Below, in pieces: positions 39,933-51,515 of a DNA stretch of 64,000 nt (the stretch's first letter is position 1; each line of letters begins with the position of its first letter). Location: assembly GCA_043228905.1 (NCBI GenBank), contig JBHGNT010000007.1:10478001-10542000 (forward strand), given 5' to 3'. The translations under genes and the position numbers were made by a program. The notes beneath the pieces were generated by a model, which was not told the DNA's origin, made no database searches, and was given only the letters and a program-made list of their open reading frames with translations. This stretch comes from Azolla caroliniana. Lineage: Eukaryota; Plantae; Polypodiophyta.

Positions 39933-40003
39933 GCATAGGGCAAGATTCGAACCTTGCACCTCCATGTTAATAATGTAATGTCTTACCATTACACTAGCAT
40001 TTC
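39933..40003 (-). ncRNA. tRNA-like Pol III module in the 5' LTR (identical copy ~42701-42771); not a canonical tRNA
   Basis: Minus strand: TAGTGTAATGGTAAG (A-box-like) ... GCAAG-GTTCGAAT-CTTGC (B box in a T-arm-like hairpin), then T-runs (tttattttgc) shortly downstream. Confidence 0.6.
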
Positions 40004-40544
40004 ATTAGTGTTAAAGCATAGATGTCCCACATAGAAAGTTAAATTCACGCTAGGATAAACATTAGAAAAACGCATAACAAAAGAAAAAGCTACACATACA
40101 CATCTAGCGTGCATGATAAAAAACGCACAAGTTAGAAAAAAGCATGATCACTTTAGATAAAGCATATAGTCTATCTATAGGAAAAGCATGGGGTCTATAG
40201 TTAGAGAAAAAGCATAGATTACTAAGACTTCCTCATCACTACATAAGGATGGGGAGCACAATGTAATTGTGTGAAAAATATTTGGGAAATTGGATATATT
40301 TCCTAAAAACACCAATTAATATAATCGTGGGATTCACGAAGTTTTATATAACCTATCTCTTTCAATCTAAATTCATATTCTTACATAAATATTGATTAAC
40401 GTAATACTTGTGGGATTCACAAGCTTCTAATAATCTATACATAATTAAAATCGCCTTAAATTATTCCTCTTCCTCCTAGTCCAAAACCCCAGCGGTTCCC
40501 ACCCGACTCACGCAACGATCCGGAGCCGAAAGGCACGACACAGT

Positions 40545-40562
40545 TGGTGAACCCGACGTGAA
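40545..40562 (+). promoter_or_regulatory. Primer-binding site complementary to the 3' end of tRNA-Trp
   Basis: TGGTGAACCCGACGTGAA is the reverse complement of ...TTCACGTCGGGTTCACCA, the plant cytosolic tRNA-Trp 3' end as recalled; 4 nt from the LTR. Confidence 0.85.
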
Positions 40563-40578
40563 GGCGGGTGGCAAGGAG

Positions 40579-42600
40579 ATGGAGAATCAACAAGAGGCGA
40601 TGAACATGATGATGATAATGTTTGAGCGGATGCAACAAGAACAACGTGCGATGTCGGAGATGAAGGCGGCAGTAGAGCGGCTTCTGCGACGAAACGGGGA
40701 ATTCAACGGTAAGGGTGTGTCACGCTACCTACGTGAATATAAGGCGGAGATGATGCAATATCGGATACCGGAAGGATTGCAAGTGATATCCTTTAGTCGG
40801 GTGGCCTCGGACGAACTACAAGAGAGAATCCACAAGATACAACAACAAAACTCGACATGGGAGTCCTTTGAAGAAGCTTTACGGGAGGCATATGACTATG
40901 AGAGATGGACGGGATGAGATCGACGAGAATTCGACGAATGGGTGGCGTCGGAGAAGACTCACCGAAGTGCAACGCAAGCGTTCCTAGAGTTCGAGCATCG
41001 TTTTGCTCGACTCTCGGAGCGGGAACGAAGATTGGTGGGAGAAGATAAAGTCTTAATGTTCGTAAGATCGATCGATCGGAAAGAAAGGATGGACATTGGG
41101 ATCGAACTCGAAGATGATGACGGTGCGAACGGCCTTACCGAGGATTGGGCCAAAGTCGAAAGGGTATGCCGAAGACATGATGAAAGGAAGCTGAGAATCT
41201 TGTCAACAACGACATGGCCCATGAAGGATGGTCGATTGAGGAAAAACGATGAAGCCAATATGAAGGCCGAAATACAACATGATGGTACCACGGGAGAAAG
41301 AGTGGAACAAGACACCCACTCGTCTTGTGAAAGAACGATGGCGAAGGATAAGGCCGATAATTCAAGTGTAGAAGGAAATTTCGGGATACAAGTGCCCGAG
41401 ACATCGGGTCAAAAAGGGGTAAGCATAATAGATGTTTGCATAATTGATGCAGATAAAGAGTGTGAAGCGGATGTGATTAAGGAGGTAGCCACAAAAGACG
41501 AAATCGAATCGGAGGTGGCTATGGACGAATCAATGGCGGATTGCCATATCGAGACTTCCCCACCACTGATTCCAGAGACTCCGGCGGTTGCGATCGAAAG
41601 GCAACGTGAGACCGAAGAGACGGAAGGTGGCGGAGAGAAAACGAATGTCGAAGCCGACGAATACGATGAAGAGATAGCCGAGAAGAATGCTAAGGGTGAA
41701 ACTACGAAAGAAGGTAATACCGAGGATTCATGCCAACAATATCTAGAGACTTCGGCGGTTGTGTCCGAGAACCAACGTGAGACCGGAGAGACGGGAGATG
41801 GCGGCGAGGAAGGTAAAGTCGGAAGTCGGTTCGGATGGAAAATGATCCATCCGAAATTCCAATCTAAAAGAAAGTGCGACAATGCGGAGGTCGGGTCTAC
41901 GACGGGAGAAGCGCGTAATACAGAGCACGCTCTACGGCGAATAAAGAAACGCGTGTTATGGCGAATAAAGAAGCACGCGCTACGGCGAGAAAAGAAGCAT
42001 GCATTACAACCACACGAGGACCGAACAACGAGCACATATCGGAGAACCTACATAGCGAACAACGGAAAGAAGTGCCGAAAGTCGAACCGGACAAGGCAGG
42101 TGAAAACGAAGAAAAGAAAGCAAATCCGGACGAAAAGAAAAGAAAAGAAACCGACCCGAAAGAGCACTGAATCGGTAAAAACCGATCAACCGAGTCCGGA
42201 TCGACCGAATACAAATCGGAAAGGAAGCCGAACTAAACGAAAGACGATCCGACGAGACCGAATCGGAAGTAAGCTAATCCGACTAAACCGAAAATCCGAA
42301 AAGAAGTCGAGATTGATGAAGAAAAGAAAGAGGGCAAGAAAAGATACTACCGCGGATGACAAGGACCAAGCGGGCCATGCAAAAAGCGAACGAAGACTAT
42401 GGTGGATCGGATGTCGACAATGGTTCGGGTGGAAAGAATGGATGTGCTCCAAATGGAGAGACAAAGTCAACATAACAAGAGAAGTCGAGGGTACTACGAG
42501 CCGGCAACGAAACCAATCGGGTAGAGACCGGACGGAGGAGACTAACAAACACCAACAACTTCGGCACATACCAGAGGATGTGCGGGTTTGGAGGGGGTGA
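40579..42600 (+). CDS. Gag-like ORF (~674 codons) with one in-frame TGA at 40915-40917, then an acidic and a Lys/Arg-rich extension
   Basis: ORFs 40558-40917 and 40942-42600 are in the same frame. FNGKGVSRYLREY..W..FEEAL resembles retrotransposon gag. Final stop overlaps the PPT. Confidence 0.75.
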
Positions 42601-45407
42601 GTGTCGTAGTGTCTTTTGTACACTACGTGAAAAACGTATATAGTATTAGATTCAATAAAAAATGAAGAAATAGAAGAAAATAGCAAAATAAATGGAACAT
42701 GCATAGGGCAAGATTCGAACCTTGCACCTCCATGTTAATAATGTAATGTCTTACCATTACACTAGCATTTCATTAGTGTTAAAGCATAGATGTCCCACAT
42801 AGAAAGTTAAATTCACGCTAGGATAAACATTAGAAAAACGCATAACAAAAGAAAAAGCTACACATACACATCTAGCGTGCATGATAAAAAACGCACAAGT
42901 TAGAAAAAAGCATGATCACTTTAGATAAAGCATATAGTCTATCTATAGGAAAAGCATGGGGTCTATAGTTAGAGAAAAAGCATAGATTACTAAGACTTCC
43001 TCATCACTACATAAGGATGGGGAGCACAATGTAATTGTGTGAAAAATATTTGGGAAATTGGATATATTTCCTAAAAACACCAATTAATATAATCGTGGGA
43101 TTCACGAAGTTTTATATAACCTATCTCTTTCAATCTAAATTCATATTCTTACATAAATATTGATTAACGTAATACTTGTGGGATTCACAAGCTTCTAATA
43201 ATCTATACATAATTAAAATCGCCTTAAATTATTCCTCTTCCTCCTAGTCCAAAACCCCAGCGGTTCCCACCCGACTCACGCAACGATCCGGAGCCGAAAG
43301 GCACGACAGCGTCACAAATCTCCTTTATTTTGGTGGTGTAATCCGTAACCGACATGTCTCTTTGCCGGATGTTGTTCAGCTCTTGCCGGAGCTGCAACTT
43401 ACGAGTTGTGGTACTCGCGGTGAAAATCTTCCATAGATTTTCCCAGGCCTCCTTCGGCGTCTTTGCATCCTTTATGTAGCTGAGCATCTAATCGTGCACA
43501 CAAGACGCGAGGCAGTACAATACTCGGCTCGCTCCTTGATCCCATACCGGGAAGTCATTGTGTGTCGGCTCCGGTCCTACCTCGTTAGTTCCTTCCACGT
43601 AGCTCTAACCATGCCCCAGTAAGTACTGGTGCATTTTATATGACCAGGACGCATAGTTGCTCCGGTCGAGCTTCTCTGTTGGAAGTGAACTCGCCATACC
43701 TCTGTCCATACCTTTCTTTGTCTGTTGTTACCGGTTATTAGGGTTTGTCTTCGAAAGCGTTTGTCGGTTGTAGAGGTTCTCAACCCTCGCGCTCCAATAC
43801 CATGTGAAAGTTACTGTGCAACTGACACTAACTACGAGACAATGATTACCTAGTAGTCTAGGCTACTACTAGGCTTCCGGTTCGCACTCGAATCCAGCTC
43901 TCTGATCCGTCTCCCCGATCCGACCGATTGTATCCGGATACCGATCCGGATCCGGTTAAGCTTGCTCGCTCAACATAAACTAACTTAGAATTGTTTGATC
44001 TAAAAATATAATCATGATTTCTCATTAATGTTTTGTCTTTTACACTTGACATTTATAGTTTTTGTATATTTTAAAAACTACATTGCATCCATGGAACCTT
44101 AACTACCCATTGTACTATTTTATTGCAACAGTTGAAGATCAATTAATACGTTGCAATTTCAATTGTATAATTACTATAGTCAAGTCGAGATTCTATTTTT
44201 TCCTTCAAGCATATAGGTACTACAATTAAAGTAAATAAGTACCAAAGTTTCCAACACATGTCTCTCAATATTATGCATTATATGAGAAAACTAAGCTTTG
44301 GTATTGTGCATACATTTAATGATTTTGCACCCAGTTTGTACTTGTTCTTGTTGAAGGAAGTATTTTTTCGTAACTTCTAGTTTGTTGTCACATAAAATAA
44401 TGACTTGTGCATTAGGATCATTAATTGTTTTCCATTTGCTCAGTGAAAATCATTTTGATTCAATGTTATGAATGAATCTTCATCTAGCAGCAAATATTTC
44501 TCAAAGCTAACAAACTTGATTGAATACCAGTTTTGTTTTCAAGATATGTTTCATATTTATCTTGCAATTTTAGATTTATGCTCCCATAAATCATATCTTG
44601 TTGGGATGATTTGAAAGTACACTTTTTGTATGGATCTGTTCATCTATTGATCATTTAATGATCAACATTATTTTCATTGGGGGAGGGTATTCATATATTT
44701 AGGTTACCAAAAAGAGGTACATAGAGATGAAGAGAGCCCATACCAAATAAGACAAATTTGCTTGTTTTGTTTCTTCTCCAATACATCAAAAACTTCAAAT
44801 GACCATGGACTCTTAAACTTATTTAGTTCATAGGTGCCCACTTTAAGCCCTTAAAGTAGGTTCATGTGAGTATTGTTAAAGAAACAATACAAGAATTTTA
44901 TTGGATCACTATAATATCAATATTTATTATCATCAATAATAGATATTAGAAACACATGTTTTTTTTGTGTTTTATGGTCAAACAATGTATGTATGTAATG
45001 GAATTGCTATTCCCAAAAAACTCGCTTGGTACTTTTATTAATGTTTAATGATCACTCAACCAACAATACTTTTTCGTCATCACATTTAACACTCAAGCTA
45101 ATTAATTATCTTTTTTTGTTGAAATTATGCTAATAATGTACAAGCCTTTGATGAAAAGAAACCAAGAGTACCTTTTTATATTCGATGACCTTTCGAAGTG
45201 GATATCTACATTTGTGCAATTATCATTACAATTAGATCTTTCCATTCAATGTCGCTGTCTATTCATCATTTCATTAAAGAGCTATATTGTGGTCATCAAT
45301 ATCCCACCACCTACCTAATAAGAAGTAGAAATTATGAGTACTTGTTCACATGAATAGCAACTTTAATTATTATTAGTATTAGTAAGATTAATTTATTTCA
45401 CATCTTA

Positions 45408-45668
45408 GAAAAGTAAAAGAACCATTATTCTTTGTATATCATTCCATTTTCAAGTTGTGGTTGTGATAACATTGTTATTAATAACAACACGCGAGGCGAA
45501 TCACCACGTTCTAATGGTTATTAATACATAAGTCACTACGAAAAGTAAAAGAACCATTATTCTTTGTAGATCATTACATTTTCAAGTTGCGTTTGTGATA
45601 ACATTGTTATTAATAACATGCGAAGCGAATCACCACGTTCCAATGGCTATTAATACATAAGTCACTAC
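45408..45668. repeat. ~132-bp tandem duplication spanning the LINE 5' junction
   Basis: gaaaagtaaaagaaccattattctttgta...taagtcactac at 45408 and 45540. Confidence 0.85.
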
Positions 45669-46311
45669 CGGTTGGAGCATGGCAGCGTGGGAACCTTACC
45701 TCTCCTAATTATATAGCGTGCCCAAATGCAATAGAATCATTACGACACACTCTGTGGGACTGCCCAGAGTCCCATCAAATATGGCAAGGGGGTTGGCCGT
45801 TTATTGCAATTATGCCAAGTGCAAGGCTCAATCAAGTGGAGAAATGTATGTTGGTTATCATGGCAAGCCCTAGTTGACAGATACGAGCATCAAGAGGAGG
45901 GGATGACTTTGGTGATAAAAGCACAAGAGGTTTTTTTCTCCACCATCGACAATGTCCACTCAACTCCTATTAATGTCAAATCTCAAGTTGTGTTTGAAGT
46001 GGTCAGCCCAATAACTCTTTGGATTCTATGGAAACAACGGTGTAGACGGGTCTTGTCCAACCAAACCGCACACCCAATAATGTTAATGCAAGAGATATGG
46101 AGTGAAGTTGTAGCCACTCTAAAGAGCCAATATGATGGCCTCAAGGGCAGCTCTGATGGAGTTGAAAGACACCGACTAGCCTTCATCCAACAATGGTCGT
46201 CCTCTCCCTTTCTTGAGTCAGTGGGCATCCACATAAGATGGAACTATCGCGTCCCTATAGGGATTTGTATATAAGAACTAATGGAAGGAGGTTTTTTAGG
46301 AAATAATAATA
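45617..46311 (+). mobile_element. 5'-truncated L1-type LINE (zf-RVT and C-terminal region) with (AAT)n tail
   Basis: RITTFQWLLIHKSLPVG...C...ESLRHTLWDC...IW and LWILWKQRCRR. 19-bp TSD ataacattgttattaataa at 45598-45616 and 46312-46330. Confidence 0.82.
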
Positions 46312-46699
46312 ATAACATTGTTATTAATAAGACACACTATAGGGAAAGGCCAATTGGGTCGACCTAGTGTTACCCTCCAAGCTCAAGTTTACACACACAC
46401 ACACACACATGGAATTTAGAGCTTGAAGGGTGTTGGTTTTCTTTAATTTGTGTCTTCGGAGAACAAGTTTATAAAGAGAGGGAGAGTTCTTGTTCTTGAT
46501 ATTGTGCGTATTAAAGTCATTTTCTCTAACATGAAGAATTGAATGTATTGTCTCAATGTGTCTTTAAGTGTTGTGTTGTAATTTTGATCTTGCCATTATG
46601 TGTCTTTTTTCTTATAGCCATAATGTAGGATAATTAGGTTCTCAATGGATTAGGTTGTATTTGAGTTGCTCTAACTCTAGAAAGTATATCAAAGTGGCG

Positions 46700-49300
46700 A
46701 CCGCATCTACAATAGGCTAAATAGAAAGAACTTTGAAAGACTTGATAGAGCTTGTTGTGAGGTTAAGCAACAACATACACAAAAGAAGAAGAGTAGTTGA
46801 ACACTAATTGGTTGTTGAGAAAAGGAGAAAGTGTTCGGATGAAGTAGGAGCTAAATTGTTGTTCAAGATAGTTGTCATGCCATGCACACATCAATATGAA
46901 GTGGCTCATCACACGTAAAAGGCTCCTTAAGCAACTCCATGATTCTTGAAAGAGGAGGCATAGATGTTTGGAAGTTTGACAACACAATTTTTTCCTTGTG
47001 GAAGAATGAGATCTGAGATGTTTTGATTCAAAGGTTGCAATGTAAGCAAGTCAATGGGAAGAAACTCATTATCATGTCTAATGAAGTTTAGGAAGAAGTT
47101 GACCAACTTGTAATGTGACAATCAAACACAATTTGAAGACAACATCTACTTTTCAATATTAGATGACCAAAACTTATGAGAGATGTGGATGAAGTTTGAA
47201 ACATACAAGAACATGGCATCAAACACGATATGCCTATGTAGAGGTTGTGCACAAGACTCAAAGGAAGGAAACTAATTCAATATCCATCCACATTAATGAG
47301 TTTGACATCAACATTACATACACGACAATTCTACAATGCACAAGAATTCCAAAAAAGTGAAATTCAACTCTTTAATAGAAACCTGAGTGTGGAAACCCAT
47401 ATCTTTAAGCACTCCAACATCAACACCTCAAGGCACCCATCCTCTCTTATTCAAGTCCTTGGTGATCCTACTCACGTTTCATACCCATGTGTGTAACTTC
47501 GTGACAACAGTACACTCTTACACATATACATTGAAAGTTTATGGTTTGTGTATTAGAAGGGGAAGTATAGAATGTGTGGGGCCTGGAAAAGAAGCTTCTA
47601 AAAGAATTTTAACCAAGAGTTGATGAATATTAGACATGGAGAAGATACACAACGAAGAAAAATCTCCGTCAAAGGAGGAAGGTGCTACAACTTCCACTAA
47701 AAGGATAGTGGTGCTCTCAAGTGTGGAATTCAAAACCTTGGTAGTTATGGTATTTTAAGGCCATTGTTAGCCTCATGGTCAATGAAAATTGAAGAGATCA
47801 TATACCAAAACAAGAAATTCTACTTGCAAACAAGCTCTTGCATGTGATCACTAAATTCAAGTGCTTCAATTCACATGACACTACTTTGAGGGTGGTTTAG
47901 TAGTTATGATGAAAAATTAATCGAGACCATCCCATTAATGTGCAATTTTTGGTTTTGGATTTGTAACTTTGGAGTTAAAGGGTTGTAAACAACTCAAACT
48001 AAACTAAGTTCACCATGTGTTGGAGCAAATGAAGAGTGCTCACAATGTACATGTGGAGGCCTCTATAAAGTTGTTGGAGTTTATAAATTTCTGATGTGTG
48101 TGAGCTTATGCTTACGTGGTTGTTGAATGTTTGTTTTTTCTTGACCTTTGAAAATACTGGGAAGAGAAAAGTTTAATGCACTCCTTGAAGCCAAAGGATG
48201 AAACCTTTGATAACTTTCAAGGTTGGGTTGGTTGTCATGGAAGTTGATAGTGGTTTCAAGATGAAGGCTCTTTGGTTGGATAATTAAGAGGAATTCAATT
48301 CCAATAAAATTTGGATGTTTTGTGAATAAGACAAATCCAACAAGGGCTTATGGCTTGGTATATGACCCCAAGCAAACGAACTTAATAATATAGGATTGTA
48401 TTGTGTTGGTGTTGCAATACATGAATCATCATTGTGAGTTTGGTAGAAAGCCATGTTGCTGGTTATTTATGTGGTCACCCTCTCCTCGAGTAAGATGAAA
48501 GGATCAAAGGTAGCACATGAGCTTTATCTAGACTTGGAAAATGTCATCAACATCTAGTAGTGAATCATATGTCTACAACCATCTGTCAACATCAGTTGAA
48601 ACTAGAGACAAGAAAATGTGTTTTTCTCAAGTATAGTCCCAATCCTAAGTTTGGGTGTTAAATCTAGCAACATGAATACAGATTCAAAGCAATGATGTAG
48701 TTTTCTATAAAGAGAATATCCATTGACATCCAATGAAGGATGGTTTTCAACAAGAAGGGGGAATTTCATTGACAAGCTAATAAAAAAGTCAAGACCAACT
48801 ATAGGTGGGAGATCATCAAAAGATGGATGAGAACCATTGATTTGAGTCAAAGGGGGTAGATATGCCAAGAGAACATATGAAAGTCAATTGAAGAAGGTTT
48901 TGAGTATGTCGAAAATGATTGCATTGGATTGTTTGAGGCATAAATGCACATCAACATACTGTGGAGGATATTGATGAATCAAAAAATCAAGAGGACCTAA
49001 AGAGATCCAAGGAAATAATGTTATATGTTATGAAGAAGAGATCATACTCCAATGACCTCTCTAAAGATTTTCAATGGGTAAGTGTGGAAAAGACACAACA
49101 TGATAGAGCTATCAAAAATACATTTTCCAACATTACGCAACTCTATTGTCTATCTGTCAACAAAATTCAAGTTTGATTCTGACTAGTTTTTGGCTTTGAC
49201 ACGTGATAGTTTTGACCAAATAGCCTTTTCTTGGTAGGTGTTTTACAAGCTTTATCATCGCAATAGAGTCCTCCAACAACAAAGATAAATGTGTATTCTC
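46700..49300 (+). mobile_element. Highly decayed copia gag/integrase relic
   Basis: Traces of DNxxEFNS (~48278), TPxQN (~48365) and weaker remnants; no long ORF; limits uncertain. Confidence 0.4.
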
Positions 49301-49499
49301 TCTCGACTTGATTCTCTATCAACCAAAATTGTAGCATTAGAGCAATAAACCCAAATATTTATTGAGGATTTAAAACAACTAAATGTCGAGAAGGCACAAC
49401 AACATGAAGAGCTCTTGAAACACACTTTTGAAATTGAAACAACTTTGTTGTATCATGTTGTAAAGAAATGGAGAGTGTAGGTTTTCTTGTAGTGGAAAA

Positions 49500-50753
49500 A
49501 AATTGTCTATGTGTGTATGTGCAAGACAAATAGAGATAGAGCTTATCAATTCGGCAAACAACATCAACACCCATTTCTGAAAGAGAGAAACATAACTAAA
49601 AGCCTGTTGGATTTGATCCATTTAGATGTTTGGGGATTGGCCCAAACGGCAACCTTCGGTGGATGTTGTTACTACGTCAAGTTCATTGATGACTACTCCA
49701 TGCACACTTGAATTTTTCTAATGCGTCACAAGAATGAAGTGTTTACACACTTCCAACAATTCAAAAATGGAGTCGAAAAAGAAACGATTCCAATTCAACT
49801 CGAAGGGTATGCAGATGCCGACTGGGCCGGCTACAAAGTCGACAGACGATCAACTTTAGGGTTCTTCTTCTCCCTCGGCAATGGCGCCATATCATGGAGT
49901 AGCAAGAAGCAATCGTTCGTCGTATTATCGAGCACAAAGACCAAATACAGGGGCACAACCGTTACTGCATATGAAACCGTACAGCTCAAGAGAATGTTGT
50001 AGGATCTCGACATCTCCATCAATGATCTAGTCTTGCTCTATTGCGATAACCTCAGCAATATACATCTTACTTCAAACCCGGTCTTCCACGCTCGGATAGA
50101 GCACATCGAGGTGCACTACCACTTCATCCGAGAACGTGTCCTAGCAGGGGATATCAACCTTCAGCATATTAGCAGAAATCTTCAGATGACTGACATCTTC
50201 ACGAAAGCTCTAGGAGCTGACAAGCTTCAGCAATTCACATCAGACCTTGGTATATTGACCTCTGACTTGCCAAGCTTGAGGGGGAGTACCGACCAAAAGT
50301 TGAAGCTAGACACACGGAGAAATGCAACTGGACATAGAAACGGAGCCGACACAAAGCCAAAAATGAATGATATCCAAACACGAAAGCAGAGTGAGCCCCA
50401 AACCAGCAAGAGGAAAGCCGACTGTCTAGCGACTGGAAGTTGAGCTTGAAGGGGCGTGTTGAGAATCAAACTCAGCTTAACCTAGTGTGGGAACACACAC
50501 CCTGAGAATATGTGAAGTGTGTGAACACACCACCAATATGTAACATAACTAATGTGTCATAAGACTTACATCCTATAACACATAGTTATGAGGTAGTTAA
50601 GGTTTCCCCCCTTTCCCAAGTGTTAGTTTTGGTAAGAGAATGTAGAGAGAAGGTGACCATATAAGCACCTTCTCCTCTCCTTTGTAATCAGTTGGTTATC
50701 TTTCTTGTGAATATATAATCTTTTGTTTTTCCGTCTACCTTGTGTCTATTTCT

Positions 50754-50821
<68 letters not shown>

Positions 50822-50868
50822 TTCTAATATATTTCCACTACACATAATCACATAGTTGATTATTTACA
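49500..50868 (+). mobile_element. Internally deleted copia (family-B-related): INT N-terminus fused to RNase H, then 3' LTR 50457-50868
   Basis: GKQH..PF..DLIH.DVWG joined at ~49783 to EGYADADWAG..RRST, ISWSSKKQ, HIEVHYHF. PPT gagcttgaaggggcg. LTR has (CT)n(CA)n and matches 53272-53606. Confidence 0.82.
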
Positions 50869-51320
50869 CCCTACAAGTGTCACACTTTTTACTAGTGTTC
50901 CTCCCAACCCAACCAAAGTTGTATCCATTGGATATTTTTTGGGATGCATCTAGGTGACATGGCCCACATGGTTTACACATCCTCGAAACTAAGATTGAGT
51001 ATAACCCAGCATTATTGGTATATTAATCTTTTGCTACTTGTAGGGGCTTCGGAAATTTAAATGTTGTTGATGTGTGTTGAGAATCAAACCCAACTTCCCC
51101 AATGCAATGGCTTTCAAACTAGCGACAGACACTCTAAGTTTAGGGTAGTTTTGTAAATAGTAGAAAGGTTTGTTGCCCTAAGTTAGTTGGTATTTAAAAC
51201 CAACCCTTTTGTAACTAAATTATTGTTGGATGTATATTTCATATTTTCTAATATAGCTTCTTGTTCTCTATCTCTCTATATCTCTCTAAGCTCTATATCT
51301 TTTTTTTATAGTAAGTATCT

Positions 51321-51381
51321 TACCCTAATGGTAAGTTGATAGCATTACAAGCATTGTGTCTTGGGTTCGAAACCCAATTTT
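51321..51381 (+). ncRNA. tRNA-like module 1 in the copia LTR
   Basis: TACCCTAATGGTAAG (A-box-like); TTGGG-TTCGAAA-CCCAA (perfect T-arm, B box GGTTCGAAACC); TTTT at 51378-51381. Confidence 0.6.
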
Positions 51382-51435
51382 CTCACCTCTCTATTATATA
51401 CTTCATATATATCTCCTATTTCACTAGATGCCACT

Positions 51436-51515
51436 GTGGAATGTAGGGGTTGAACCCATGACCACCTAGTCTCCATTGGGCAACCTTACCAACCGAGCTA
51501 CATCCAACTGAGCTA
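51436..51515 (-). ncRNA. tRNA-like module 2 in the copia LTR, convergent with module 1
   Basis: Minus strand: TAGCTCAGTTGG then GGATG-TAGCTCGGTTGGTAAG...GGGTTCAACCCC-TACATTCC (A boxes, B box, acceptor-stem-like pairing). Confidence 0.65.

Larger units (their letters stand above)
39834..43308 (+). mobile_element. Non-autonomous gag-only LTR retrotransposon (gypsy-like), very recent
   Basis: 707-bp LTRs 39834-40540 and 42602-43308, no difference seen by eye, TGTCGT...ACGACA termini. 4-bp TSD GCGT at 39830-39833 and 43309-43312; removal restores EICDALGS of B3 gag. PPT gagggggtgag 42591-42601. No PR, RT, RH or INT motifs. Confidence 0.95.
34977..43975 (-). mobile_element. Ty1/copia family B copy B3, full length with short LTRs, degenerate; hosts the gag-only element
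   Basis: LTRs 34977-35223 (247 bp) and 43803-43975 (173 bp); TSD TAAAC at 34972-34976 and 43976-43980; mutated iMet PBS just inside 43803; gag ATG 43697 (MASSLPTEKLDRSNY); PPT (ctccccc on +) from 35224. Confidence 0.93.

Noticed and set aside
39933-40003. Functional tRNA gene
   Set aside because: No convincing acceptor or anticodon stems; kept only as a tRNA-like module. The same applies to 51321-51515.
47230-47535. Possible small solo LTR within the decayed copia
   Set aside because: TG/CA candidates exist, but no TSD or second copy could be identified.
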